From positions 76,232,363 through 76,294,764 of the forward strand of contig NC_068986.1 in the NCBI RefSeq assembly GCF_001194135.2: 62,402 nt of DNA. The letters are read 5' to 3'. Below the pieces are notes generated by a model. It was not told the DNA's origin. It searched no databases and saw only the letters and a list, made by a program, of their open reading frames with translations. This DNA is from Octopus bimaculoides (Eukaryota). Every line of letters begins with the position of its first letter. Position 1 is the first letter of the stretch. Shown one piece after another: positions 1 to 14,571 of this stretch. Both the position numbers and the translations under genes were made by a program.

Positions 1-20
1 CAATATATATATATAAATAT

Positions 21-69
<49 letters not shown>

Positions 70-180
70 TATTGGCTAACTTCTATCAAATAGAATCTAT
101 GCCCAAAGTTTGGTTCCTAATTGAAATAAAAGAAATATAAAAAAGTAAAGAAAGTGTTTACAGGAGAAAGATTTACTTAC

Positions 181-210
181 AGCGTATACATGATGACTCC
201 GACAGCCCAC
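181..210 (-). CDS. PHKG: PHKG coding exon 8 (30 nt; [10 protein letters not shown])
   Basis: Acceptor TATCCAAACAG, donor CT|GTAAGT; completes the subdomain IX DMW-GVIMY motif in frame with exon 7. Confidence 0.92.
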
Positions 211-3200
211 CTGTTTGGATAAATACGTAACAACATTAGAATTAGTAAAATCAACACAGCAATTAGAGTTATGGAAGAGGTGATAATAGAGAACTTCTAT
301 AACTAACTTATACACAAATATTCTCTAACTTTTTTGATGAATGAGCTGCAAGCTCCATCCATCTTTGTGGTCGTTCAGTAATTCAGCCTGATGTAACTGG
401 TTCCTCCTTAGGTTATTTATTACCTATCGGTAAAAAATCAAACTGGCATCATAGATACCAGTTGCTAGGAAGTTAACATCACTCAAGGGTGCTCACACAC
501 TACATACATTACAAGATTAACTCTTTAGCATTTAAACTGGCCATATCTAACTGAAATATTCTACCTGATTTACATTCAAACCAGCCAGATCTGACCTTTC
601 ACATCTCTTCAATGTCATAATGAAAATAAACATTCAAGGTGGTGCCCCAGCATGGCTGCAGTCTAATAGCTGAAACAAATGAAGAAATCACATCATTGAA
701 ATCTCAAAACTATAAGACAATGCATAATTAATTCAAAACAATGTGAATAGATAATCATTACATTGGAGAGTGTATTCTGACTGTGAAAGGGTTAAAATAC
801 TTTAAGAAGCTATATAAGTGCTTTAATAAACCAGATCCAGGATTCACTTCATTTGATGGAGGTGGAGACTCTTCCTCCATCTCAGTAATAAGCATTCAGT
901 TGGTCAATCAACTGAAGACTCAATAAACTAACATGTAAGTGGCTAAGCATTCCACATACATGATTCTCAGGCCAAAGCAATATATCACAGTACGTGATAA
1001 GGTTGGACTTTGAAATATAGATACAATCCCTCCAACAAGCTTCCACACAGTTTCCATCTTCCCAAAAGGCTTAGCTTTACCCAACTCTATGATAAAAATT
1101 GCAAGCTGTATAGTGGGATCTATTCAAATCAAAGACCTCATAATTGTAAAACAAACTGCTTCATCACTCAACAATACCCACTTTACTGTTGCTAACAAAC
1201 ATTGGTTTAACAATACATCCTATTTCTCTGCCCTATTGCAATAAATCATTAACATTAATCAACAGAGTAAATAGGCAGTAAAATACCAAAAGGTTGAGCC
1301 CATGCAGTTGTTCTGACTCCCAGTTAAAGAATTCACACCCTTTATACTGATAAACATTAATAAATCACAATGTCATTTATTCATTTCTTTCTCTCTAAAT
1401 GGCAGCCTTGTATCCAGAAAATTATATATAAAAAAAAAAAAAAACACAGTCAGTATTTAAAATAATCATCATTACCATCATTTAACATTCATGTTTCATG
1501 CTGGCATGGGTTGGATGGTTCAACAGGATCTGAAAGCCTGAGGGCTGTGTTGGTCTTTCTGCTTTGGCAAGGGTTCTATGGCTGGATTTCTCTTCATAAT
1601 ACCAACCACTTTACAGAATATGCTGGGTGTCTTTGTTCATGGCAAAAAGCATTAGTGAGGGTCAGCAGGTAACACACAAGACATGACCCCTTCACAGAGC
1701 ATGGGTGCAGTATTGAAAGAGGGGCAGTGTGCCAGGTGTAGAAAGACTAATAGGAAAGAAGGACAGGAACAGGTATCTTGGTGTAGAGGAGATACATGGC
1801 TATGTTTATGGATAATTCAATATAAATAGAATAATGGTAGTCCATTTTACACTTTTGTACATTTTACTCTTTTGTTAATGTGTTAATCCCTTCCAGTGTA
1901 TTACTCTCTTGTAGTATGTTACTCCTTTTAGTATTACTCCTCAATAGTGTGTTACTCCCTAATAATGTGTTACCCCTTTGCAATGTGTTGCCCTCATGTA
2001 TACCCTCATGTACTGTGTACTTCTTTGCTGTATGTTACTCTCTTGTAATCTTTTATTCTCTTGTATGTCACTCCTTTCTAGTGCATTACTCCTTTTTTTA
2101 GAGTTATACTTCCCTATATGAGAGGGTGCTGAAAAGTTCTTGCCTTTGGGTAAAAGAAAATACAGGAGGATCTGTTAATTATGATTTTATTCAACATATT
2201 CGCCTCTCAGATTCATATGCTTACTGCAGTGGTCCTTCAGTTTTTCTAAGCCTTGTGAAAGAAATCAGAAGGTTGGGCCTCCAACCAGGCTTTTCACGAT
2301 ACCCTTAAAGCTAGGAACTTTTCAGTAGCCCCTTTGTAGCCTGTTACTCTCTTGTAATGTGTTACTCCTTGGGAATACTAATAGTTGCCAAGACAATCAA
2401 GAAATGGATTTTAAAAAGAGTTTTTACAACTGTTATTCTCTTGCTTTTCCTAATTCTAACAAATCAAATGAAAAATAAGACCAGCAGAGTATCTTAATGT
2501 ACTTTAATGGATAATTAGTAACTATGAAGATTTAAACTTTTGACTTCTTGACTAGTCTGGAAAGGCATGTACTACTATACAAACTTGTCCTGACACTGCC
2601 TGAAGACAAAATCTTTGGTATGCCTCCAAAACAACCCACAAGGAATACAGTACATTTTCATTTAGCTTTTTTTCTTCTAAGAACACATACGTGCACACAC
2701 ACACACACACAAATATGCTTGCACTCAAACACATACAAAACATAAATACTGAAAATGCTTACATATCAACCTCTTCTCTATAACCAGGTGCTAATTCGTT
2801 CATTGAAACCTGAAGGACTTCTGGAGCTAGATATCCAGGGGTTCCACATAGTTCTGTGAAAAGAAAAAGAAAAAAAAAAGGTCAGAGTTTGTATGCAAAG
2901 GTCATAGGAAATAAAAAAAGGGAAACTCGCTGAATAAATTCTCTTTTCTTTTTTAAACAAAATTGAATTGTTTAACATAAGTATTCTTCCCATGTAGGCG
3001 CATTGAAGTATCTTAAAGTGAAGACGAGTAACTGATGAGGTGAGTTGAGTCAAGTTTCAATTCCTGATTGGATCCATTTCTTATTAATTTTTCTTTTATT
3101 TACTGATGTGAGCTGGGAAAACAGGCTGTATCTACAGTATTGGTAAGACTGATGAGATTGGTTTCATTAGCACTCCTTTCAAACAGTTGCAAATTGACAG

Positions 3201-6071
3201 ATACAGGAAAGCACAAGTTTGGAAGACAATGCTAGAGGTCCAGTGATCTGGAGGGGGAAAACAGGGAGCAGTGGTTAGTGTGACGGCTGGGGTGAGACAT
3301 AACATGGATGACAAGAGGAGAAATAAGTGAGGTGGGAGTACCAGTGGTCCTGAGTAGTGGTGATATAAGACCAGTTACTTTTGAGAAGTAGACACTAGTG
3401 TAGTAGTGGTACAAATGATAGGGAGAAGAGACAGCACCATATGTGGGCCACATGTTGGAGTGTTTCTGAGTGACTTCATACCAATCAATCAAATGGTCTT
3501 CCTCTGGATGTAGCCTAGAATGCACCATGTGCATTACAGTAGCACCATGCAATATGTGAGAGCATTTACTAACCTTTTACAAAGCTCAGTGTGAATCTCA
3601 CCTGAGCTTTGTAAAAGGTTAGTAATTGTTGTAGAACAGAAAAGGAAGGATGCTGCCTTTGCTGTATGTTGATGGTATGTGTTTGCCAGGAGAAATCCTT
3701 GTTAATGGTAAGGTTGAGATTTGAAGTGACTGCAAGAGTTCTATGTGTGCATTGTTCTTCTTTAGTTGAGCAGGTGAGATGTGATATTTTCTTGTTTGAG
3801 CAGCAATTATGTCTTTCCACTGTCGCAGAAGATAAGACTGGTAAAACTCCACTTGGGGATGTTTCCATGATTTCTATTCATGAAGTCAGTAATGCTCTTG
3901 GAGAAAGGCATAACTTCACAACATCTCATTTTGTCTCTCCTACAAATTTTAAGTCTTATGTCAAACACACCAGACTTTATTTCTAAATGACAAGCAATGA
4001 AAATTAGTTACAGCTTCGATTTTATATCTTTTGCAACATTGTATCTATTTTTTCATTAGTTAAATGAATAGATAGAACAATAGATAAAGAGTGGGAGGCT
4101 GAGAGAAGGTATAAGAGAGAGAGAAAGACAGACAAAAAGAGAGTTATATTAATGTGTGTGTGTGTGTGTGTTCTTCAACACTAGGCATTGTGTAGGGAGC
4201 TTTCCCTGGACGCTATTCCACAGCAAATGAGCATTTAAACAAGCCACATATACCACATACAACTGATAATGTTTACATTACTAGAGCTGCACGTGTGTGA
4301 GTGTGTGTGTGTGTGTATACACACACAAAAATAAATCAAAAAAGAAATACACAGAGAAATACAGAGGGAGGGAGAGAGAGACCAGGAGAAGAGGCAACAA
4401 GCAGATAGACAGACAGAGAAAGAGAAAAACAAAGAGGGGGGGAAAAAAAGAGGCTGAAAGTGATCTAGGAATTACTAACCAGTAAGTTCTTGATTATCAG
4501 TAAGAAAAGTGGCCAATCCAAAATCTGTGAGTTTCACGTTCATGTTATCATCCAGAAGAATATTCTCTGGCTGTAAAATAAATAGGAAGTTGGAAATAAT
4601 CAAAATGAAAATTCCATTTTAAAAACTGCCTTACATTTATATTACTATACATGCTTGGGTAGGATATTGTTGTTGTTATTGCTTAACCCCCAAGTCAGTC
4701 CTGATCACGTAAACATATGGACACATGATCAAATATCTTCCATCCTTGACCATAGCCATGAGTCCTGACTTTTTTTAAGATAGTAGGTTGTGATGTGAAG
4801 AGGATTCGACTAGCATTTCTAGAAGATACAACTACATAGAAACTTCCTTTGTTTGAAAGCATGTTATATGCATTGGTATAAAACAGGTGGATACTATTCT
4901 TAATACAAACCACTCATCGGTGAAGCAGTGATACAACTAGTGCTTTGCTTTAGTCAGATAAATTGGAGCGAGCAGAGTTGTGTGGAACGAGAAGAGTTAT
5001 GTGGAGTGAGCAGAGTTATGTACCTTGTACAGGGGACGGAGCTCTATGATAAGATACAGTGATCCGTAACTCAGCACCTTAAATTCACTGCCACTAAAAT
5101 TATAAATAAGGTAAATATTGAGATACTTACCTTCAGATCTCTGTGGACGATATTTTTTTCATGAACAAAGTCAACAGCTTCCAACAGTTGCCGTATAATT
5201 ATCCTAAAACAGAAAAGAAATTTTTAAAAATTGAATTTTTATTTACTTTTAAATTATACAGCACACCCCTGGTTCAGTTTCAAAAATAACTTCAGGCCAA
5301 ATTATATTACACAAAATTATATCTCATACACCACATGGAAAAGCTCTGGGAAACCATCCACTTAAGTGTTAAAGGCAATGCTTTAGCAAGGTCTTGACTG
5401 TGTTGTCGATAATAAACTAAAGGTGAATGCCATCATTGGTATATTATCTCTGAAAGCAGATGTGCAATATTTTTACTGATGAAAATATGGGTACAATCTC
5501 TGGTAAGCCAAGTCCGAAAGTAGGATAGTAAAATAATAATGTTAAAACTAAATACCCGATGCCTTTGCAGGATTTACTAATATTTCTTTACTGTTCTGAG
5601 TTCAAATCTCATAAAGAGTCAACATTGTCTTTCATTCCTAAATGGTTTCTGAATAAGAATTAAGCCATGCCCCAGGGCTAAATTCAATGGACTATTTCCT
5701 TTTTCTATAGATTTCAAGCCTAGCAACAAAAACATGACGCGGGGGGGGGGGGGNNNNNNNNNNGGGGGGGGGGGGAGAAAAAAGAGCAATGATTGATGCT
5801 GCAGTCATAGTGATCGCTATTGTCACAATCATTATTGCCACCACCACCATTCCCATCACCATTATCATCAATGGTAATGAGCTGGCAAAATTGTTAGCTG
5901 CATTTCCATTCAGCTCAAACTCCATCAAGTTTTATTTTGATTTTCATCCTTTCAAGATCAATAAGATAAGTACTAGCTAAGCATTGGGTTTGATGTAATT
6001 AATTTACCCTCACCCCTAAAATTGCTGGCCTTGTGCAAAAATTTTAAACTGCTGCCATCACACTATCATCA

Positions 6072-6105
<34 letters not shown>

Positions 6106-7841
6106 AGCAGTGCAGAGTAACAGTAACTTACATGAATCATTGGCACAACAGGGTTTTGTTGTTGGATGCAAGCTATTTATCTTGTAAAATTAAATGACTG
6201 AATATATTTTTAATACAGTGTAAATACGACGTTTTACAATATCATTTTTTTTTCATCTCAGTTTTATATTCCTTTTTATGATTTGTACTATTGTACTAAT
6301 GTGTAACACAAATTATAAATAAGAATAAAAAGTAAAATGTGAAGTTATGGTGTCTAAACCAGCTAGTATGAAATATCTAAAACTTCATTCAATTACCTGC
6401 TTAACAAATAAAGTCATTTTATTTGTATACAACTCCCTTGATCATGATCATGATCATCAATTACTGCCCACCATCCATGCTGGCATGGGTTGGGTGATTT
6501 GGCAGTAGCTGGCAAGCCAGAGAACTGTGCCAAAGCTCAATTGTCTGCTTTGGTATGGATACACTCCTAACACCACCTCCCTTACAGAATATACTGGGTA
6601 CTTTTTATATGGCACCAGCACAAACAAGCAAGGTCACCAAGTATCTTGCAAGACAAGTCCCCTCAACTGGGTGGGGAGAGTATTAAGGGAAGTGGCTTTG
6701 TACCAGGTGATGAGAGGCTACAGTATGATAGTGGGACAGAAACAGGTCTTGAAGTAGAGGAGATAGATACACAGCTGAGAGAAGGTGACAAAGATGTATT
6801 GAGGCATACTCTTAAATTATAGAGAGGTTTATATAAGTGAAATGGTACAGAAAATTGGGAAGGATGAGTAGGCAGGTAATTTCACAAGAAAGAGTAGGAG
6901 ATGGAGAGGAAGAGGGAAACTAAAATTTTGATCAGTAAAATATTTACATACCTAGTTCTCTTTTCAGAGAGGGTGACCACTTGTGTGAGATAGTCAAACA
7001 GTTCACCTTTTTTGCATCTGAAAGTAGTATATATTCTAATTAGACAATGCTTTAATTAAGAAAAGTAAATGCAAATACAAAATGTTAGAAAACAGACTGG
7101 GGTATAACAGATAGATCACTGAAGAATTTCTATACAGAACTAAAATGGCTTCTGTTACTGTTATTATTTTTAACCTTAAAACCTATATTTAACCTTAAAA
7201 CTTATATTTAACCTTAAAACCTATATTTAACCTTAAAACACACTAGAAGATAATAAATAGCACAGGGAATTTCAAAGGGATAAGTTGAACCAAATTAAAA
7301 TGCTTTCATTCTTAACTTATCTCAACCAACCCAAGAGACTTGTTGTTTATCTGCATGTCAGGCTTAAACAGGAAGACCTATGAACAACAACTTTCCAATC
7401 ATGGCCACCATGCTTCTTTTTTTCTTAGATTAGATTATCCAATATATTCTTCCATTTTTAAAATTGTTGAGAATGATTCAAGGAAAATTTGGCCACTATT
7501 TCTAGTAGATTATGTTATCATATAGAAGCTTCTTTATTGACTCAGGAGTAGTTCTCAACATGAATGAAGTGGAAAGTAAGAGGTGAACATTTAGAGATGG
7601 TCAGGTGTAAGAATTTATGATTTTACATTTATAGCCAATCAGGATTAAGGTGAGTTTCAGGGAGTAGAGAAGTAAGCTCCTAGTGAATCATCTCTAGTAA
7701 GTGCAGGTGTAGTGTTTCAAAGGTACAGATGTGGCATTGGCAGAGGCACATGTGTGGCTGTGTGTTAAGAAGTTTGCTTCCAAACCACATGATTGTGGGG
7801 TTCAATCTTACTGCATAAATGCTTCAATATATATATGTATA

Positions 7842-7874
<33 letters not shown>

Positions 7875-10547
7875 NNNNNNNNNNNNNNNNNNNNNNNNNN
7901 NNNNNNNNNNNNNNNNNNNNNNNNNNNNNNNNNNNNNNNNNNNNNNNNNNNNNNNNNNNNNNNNNNNNNNNNNNNNNNNNNNNNNNNNNNNNNNNNNNNN
8001 NNNNNNNNNNNNNNNNNNNNNNNNNNNNNNNNNNNNNNNNNNNNNNNNNNNNNNNNNNNNNNNNNNNNNNNNNNNNNNNNNNNNNNNNNNNNNNNNNNNN
8101 NNNNNNNNNNNNNNNNNNNNNNNNNNNNNNNNNNNNNNNNNNNNNNNNNNNNNNNNNNNNNNNNNNNNNNNNNAAAACAAATTCTACTTTATTTTTATAA
8201 TTAAATATTACAAGGAATTGTATAAAAGAATTGTTAAAATATTTTGTGTATTGTAGAATTATAACCAATTTATTGCAGATAAATTGTAACAAAATCTTAT
8301 ATGGACCACCAAGGGTCACATGGACCCCAGTTGAAAACCACTGATATAAAAGCTTTCTCACTGATTTGTTGATGTTGGTGTTACAAAGTATGTTAGCAGT
8401 GGTGGGGGTGGTCTAAGGTAATGACAACATGCTTATCTGTGTATGACATGAAATAGATGTAGAAAGTATTTACTATAACATGCATGCACAGGCGTGGCTG
8501 TGTGATAAGAAGTTTGCTTCCCAACCACATGGTTTTGGGCTCAATCTCACCGCATGGCACCCCAGGTAAGTGTCTTCTACTACAGCCCCAGGTTTACCAA
8601 AACCTAGTGAGTGGATTTGGCAAAAAGACAGAAGCTGAAAGAAGTCAGTCGTGTGTGTGTGTATGTGTCTGTCTGTCTGTCTGTATGTGCATATGTGTGT
8701 TTATATGTATATGTGTGCGTGTGTGTTGCTGTCTCTTTGCTTAGACATTGCATGAGAGTTGTAAACAAGATTCACCATCATGCAAGTGGTGTCCTTCATT
8801 CCCAATCTTCTGTGAAAACATGTCTGGCCATTGAGAAATATTACCTTACTTGGAAACAGGTGAGGTTAGTGACAGGAAGGGCATATGGCTGTAGAAAATT
8901 CACCTCAACAAATTCCAACCAACCCATGCAAACATGGAAAAGCATTTATTACAACAATAGCTACTACACTTCATGTCTTTAGCTGTAGACTTAATTCATC
9001 GCTTGATTTAATACCATCACCATCTGGCCTCTATGATATTTAGTAGGGTTCACTCGGTTGCAGTCATTCATAGTTATCTTTGATAAAAACATGCCTATCA
9101 TGTGCTTATATATGATAAATAAAATACTCATTGGTGAGCCAAGGAAGCTAGAAATAGCAGCCAAATTTTCCTCAAATTATACACCGCCATCTTATAAAAA
9201 TTGAACGACACATTGTAGATACTCCTACAAATATGGGATAAGAGCAAAATATAGATCTGCTCACTGTTTTGGTGATCTAAAAATTAGAAATAAAACAAAA
9301 CTGCCATTTTGTATGAAATTGTAGACAACATATAACAGCAGAGGGGAAACAATAAAACTTATAATATTATAGAATGATGAAACTTATACCTACAGCTCAA
9401 ACACAAGAAAAATGAACGTTGATGTTTCAAAGACATCATGGAGATTTACTGAAAATAGATAAAAAAAATAGGAATGAAAATATGAGATACAGGTTATGAA
9501 TCAACAACCATTTTTTTTTCATCTACTTCTCCAATTTTTGCATAGATTAGACGGGACTTGTTGCTAAGGCAATATTTATTGGTTGGAAACCTTTCCTGTT
9601 GCCTACACTTCTTTTCAAATAATGTACATACTTATTTTCCTAGTTGCACAATGAACTGCGCAATGGCGAGACATATTTTTATGAGGGATGTAGACAATGA
9701 CAACACTTAAATGGTAGCAATGTTTTATGTTTTCAGCACATCAACAATGTTAAGATACAGACAAGAACATGCACACACACACACACACACACATAATATC
9801 CATACACTCTTATATTTTTGGCTGTGTGGTTAAGCTTGCTTCCCTATTATGTGGTCTTGGGTTTAGTCTCACTCTACAGCACCTTGGGCAAGTGTTTTGT
9901 GAGTGGATTTGGTAGATGGAAACTGAAAGGAGTTGGCCGCGTGCATGCATGTATGTACTATTGTCTTCACAACATGTGGTGGTTGTAAACGAGCATCGCT
10001 GTTATACAATTGATATTTTTCATTTCCAGTTTTCCATGAGAAATATATTTTGCCATTGGGAAATATTAACTTGTTTGGAAACAGGTCAGGATTGGCAACA
10101 GGAAGGGTACCAGATATAGAAAACCTGCCTTGACAAATTCCATCTGATGCAAGTGTGTTGAATAATGAATGATACTGTATAACAAAACAAGAAATTGGAA
10201 AACAAGAAGACTTGCATTACACACCCTTTGAATATAAGCAATACTGAAATAAAGCCCTCACAGCTGCACCAAATTTTAGGCCTCACAGCTGCATCATGGA
10301 TATCTCTTGGTAAAAGCACAAACTTAACATAGCCATGACCATATCCCAAAGACTGCCCCTTCTCTTGAGAGCCAGAAAACACTTCATCCTCTAGATATTG
10401 ACACTCTACATAACTCAAGTAAGGCCCACAACAAAGTATTGCTTCTACATTTGGGACAGTGCTGCTGCTACTACACATAAAGACATTTTAGACTGCCTCC
10501 AGAATTTCATGAATATTTTAACAGAAGAGTGCTGCTATTGAATGGAA

Positions 10548-10591
<44 letters not shown>

Positions 10592-10835
10592 NNNNNNNNN
10601 NNNNNNNNNNNNNNNNNNNNNNNNNNNNNNNNNNNNNNNNNNNNNNNNNNNNNNNNNNNNNNNNNNNNNNNNNNNNNNNNNNNNNNNNNNNNNNNNNNNN
10701 NNNNNNNNNNNNNNNNNNNNNNNNNNNNNNNNNNNNNNNNNNNNNNNNNNNNNNNNNNNNNNNNNNNNNNNNNNNNNNNNNNNNNNNNNNNNNNNNNNNN
10801 NNNNNNNNNNNNNNNNNNNNNNNNNNNNNNNNNNN

Positions 10836-10902
<67 letters not shown>

Positions 10903-13900
10903 TTGAAATAATGTTATCTTTTTAAACAAATTTAAGAATAACAACAAAACATTTACTGATGGGGGTGGCTCCATTTTGAGAATAGATTCTAATTTAATGT
11001 GAAGTCCCAGTCAACTTGATCTCCACATATATTATACACACACTGTATGTATGTATACATGTCTGCTGTAGCAGCAGTCTGCCCTTGAGCAGGTCCTGTG
11101 CATGTGAACCTTCTCCAGCATTCTCTGAACACCCTGGGAGAGTATGTACCTTCTCCTGCCATCGTTAAAACTACTGTAACAATAGCTATCTATGACTAGA
11201 CTTGGTGTGAATGCAGGAGTAGTTTCCCATCAACTTCTCAAGGCAGATGGAATTTGAATTCAAAATGTAGAGAACCAGAAGATATACCATAAAGTACCTC
11301 TGCTGACACACCAACAATTCTGCCACTCTCCCACCTACGTGTGTGTGTGTGTGTGTGTATATGTGTGTGAAAGAGGAATGGAGGGAGAGAGAGTGGAGAG
11401 AGAGAGATTCCCATTCTTAGGAGTATCTAGGACTACATTATCTAATATGGCCTCATCAATTTAAGATAACTGAGAGTTATTCTGGGGGAGATTTGGCTGG
11501 CATTTCCAGCTAGTTGATCAACCTCATAAGGACTCCCTCTTCTATAAATGACAAGGGCACCCCATAACTGAACTGAAATATTACCATTTATAAGGGACCA
11601 TGTCCTTGGTACACAACAAGAAGACAAAAACTTCAACAGTGCTCGAAATGTTTGTTATAAAATTCCTGTCCACCTGATATGACAGGTGTTAGACATTTAG
11701 TTATGTAATGTATTTAAATAAGATGTTACTTCTAAATCAGCAGCATAATTACAAATAGAATCCAAGATTAGATTTCATCATTTCCTCCTTATTAATTAAT
11801 CCCCATGCCTCCTACATTTCTTTCCACTTGTCTCAGTAGTAAAAGGTCAAGAGAGTGAAAAAAAAATTACAAGCTCTATAATTAGGTCTTCATTGAAACA
11901 CCTCACTCCCAAGGCCACATGTCTGAATACATACACTGTAAAATACACATAACAAAATACACACACACACATACATACCAAATATACACACATTTAACTA
12001 AAGACTTTTAAAATCAAGATAAAAAAAACACACAGCAAAGCTTCTGTCTAGTCTTTTGAAGTCATTAGTCAGAAAGCATATATTTAAAGATATTAAAAAC
12101 TGCACTGATTCTTACAACAGAATTATTGCTAGTTTTTGAACTACAGACAATGAATAAATTTACTATTTCTGAATATTCCCTCTTATTTGTTTCTAACAGA
12201 TATCTAGAGATCTACAGATGACTGAATAGTAGATAAGTTAATGACTAAAAACTACACAGCCAAAGCTTCATGCAATATTTATAGCCAAGACATTTAAATC
12301 TCAGTGGGCCAGTTCATCTGCATACCTATTCAAATAAATATGACATGGTACATACACCTTATCCATGAAAGCAGTGGGAACACTGTACAATTAACAAGCA
12401 GTTTGTTAGCTTGCAATTTCTGTGGATCTTAAACAAGTTACTGGAAACTATTCCATTACTAAGCCACAGAGCAGAGTTTCCACTCCTTCCAGGAAACCTT
12501 AATACGAAATCAGGGCCCTGATCCTGATTACAAAATGTCTCCTTTTCTCTCTCTTTTCCAACAGAGGTAGCCATGTATCTCCTCTACAGCAAGACATCTG
12601 TTCCTCTGTCATACTTTAACCTCTCAACAACTGACACAAAGCCACCTCTCTCGATGCTTCACTCCACTTCAGTTGAGGGTTCTTGTCTTATGAGTTATTT
12701 ATTGAATGCACTGTGCCAGTGCCATGTAAAAAGTAGTCAGTTACACTCTGTAAAATTGTCGGCATTAGGAAGGACATCCAGCCATAGAAATCATGCCAAA
12801 ACAGACACTAGAGTTTGGCACAGTCCTCTGGCTCGCCAGCTCCTGTCAAACCATCCAACCCATGCCAGCATGGAAAGTTACACATTGAATGATGATGATA
12901 ATGATGACGATTTTAGTACAATGAGGTCTGAAATATAATGTGACCACTATTTTTGTGCCCTCTAAATCAGTAATATAATTTATCCTCTTATCGCTATTTC
13001 TTCACTCTATAATCTAATGCTACCCACCCATTTTGACTGTGATCAAATTTCTTTGTATGATATTTCTTACATTATGCAAGAGTAAAAATAGCATATGATG
13101 GTTTGATTACAAAACATAGAAAAAACAGATTTGTCATCTTTGGTTCTTGAAAGACAGCTAAAAATAAATGACAAAGAAACTGCAGACAAACACAACTGCG
13201 CTTCAGAAAAAAAGCAAAAAAAAAAAAAACTCAACCATCGAATGTCAGAAGTAATGAACTTAACATTTCTTCCTTCCTATTCCAATTATAATCAGGTGTG
13301 CTATATACTTGTGGGGTTAATTAGCAGTGATGGTAACAATAGCAACGACTATAGTATTCTCGAAAGAAAGACAGTAGTGGTTGGTGATGTCAAACAGTAC
13401 TATTAACCGTTTTAGATGTATTTTACATGAATCACTCATAGGACCATAACAAAAGTTTTGTAAATGTCGAGCACACCCACACACCCACACACCCACACAC
13501 ACACACAGATACACATACATATATATCGATCATGTTGAGTATCGTGTTCAAGTTGGGCAAATCCAAGAAAGCTCAACTAAATTATCTCTGTTTGTGTGTG
13601 TGTGTATGTGTGTGTGCATGTGTGTGTGTGCATGTGTGTTTCCATATACTCTTTTACTTGTTTCAGTCATTTGACTGCAGCCATGCTGGAGCACCGCCTT
13701 TTAGTCGAGCAAATCGACCCCAGGACTTGGATGCCTAGTACTTATTCTATCGGTCTCTTTTGTCGAACCGCTAAGTTACGGGGACGTAAACACACCAGCA
13801 TCGGTTGTCACGCGATGTTGGGGGACAAACACAGACACAAACATATACACACACACATATATATATATACATATATATGACAGGCTTCTTTCAGTTTCCG

Positions 13901-14538
13901 TCTACCAAATCCACTCACAAGGCTTTGGTCGGCCCGAGGCTATAGTAGAAGACACTTGCCCAAGGTGCCACACAGTGGGAATGAACCCGAAACCATGTGG
14001 TTGGTAAGCAAAGCTACTTACCACACGGCCACTCCTGCGCCTTTTTTTTTTTGTGTGTGTGTGTGTGTTTTGCTTAGAAGCAATGCATGATACCAGAATT
14101 TTCAACTCGAGTCACATATAACAAACCACTCCAAATCCTTGTTTGAGTGTCTGCACAAGTCAAGTCTGGACTGGCTGGATTGTACTGACATCAAGTCCAT
14201 ATAAGTTGTAATAAGGAAGTCAATGAAATAATGATATTCTGAAAGAATTTAATACATGCATTTTTGCATAATATATAATAGGAAATACAACCCTTACACA
14301 AGACCTTCCTCAGTTAACACATTTCAAAATATTTTTTGAAATGTACTAACTGAAGAAGGTTTTACGTAAGGGATGCACTTTGTATTATATATTAAGCAGA
14401 TCTAAAATATACATATTAAATACTTTACAAATATTTGGTTTGACTTCATTATATATATATACGTGTGTATATATATGTATATATATACACACACATGTAT
14501 GTATGTGTGAATATACCACCACCATCTCCAAGCCTGTC

Positions 14539-14571
<33 letters not shown>

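Noticed and set aside
10086-10478. 130-aa minus-strand ORF
   Set aside because: It is the antisense frame of the decayed CR1-like fragment plus a SINE tail.
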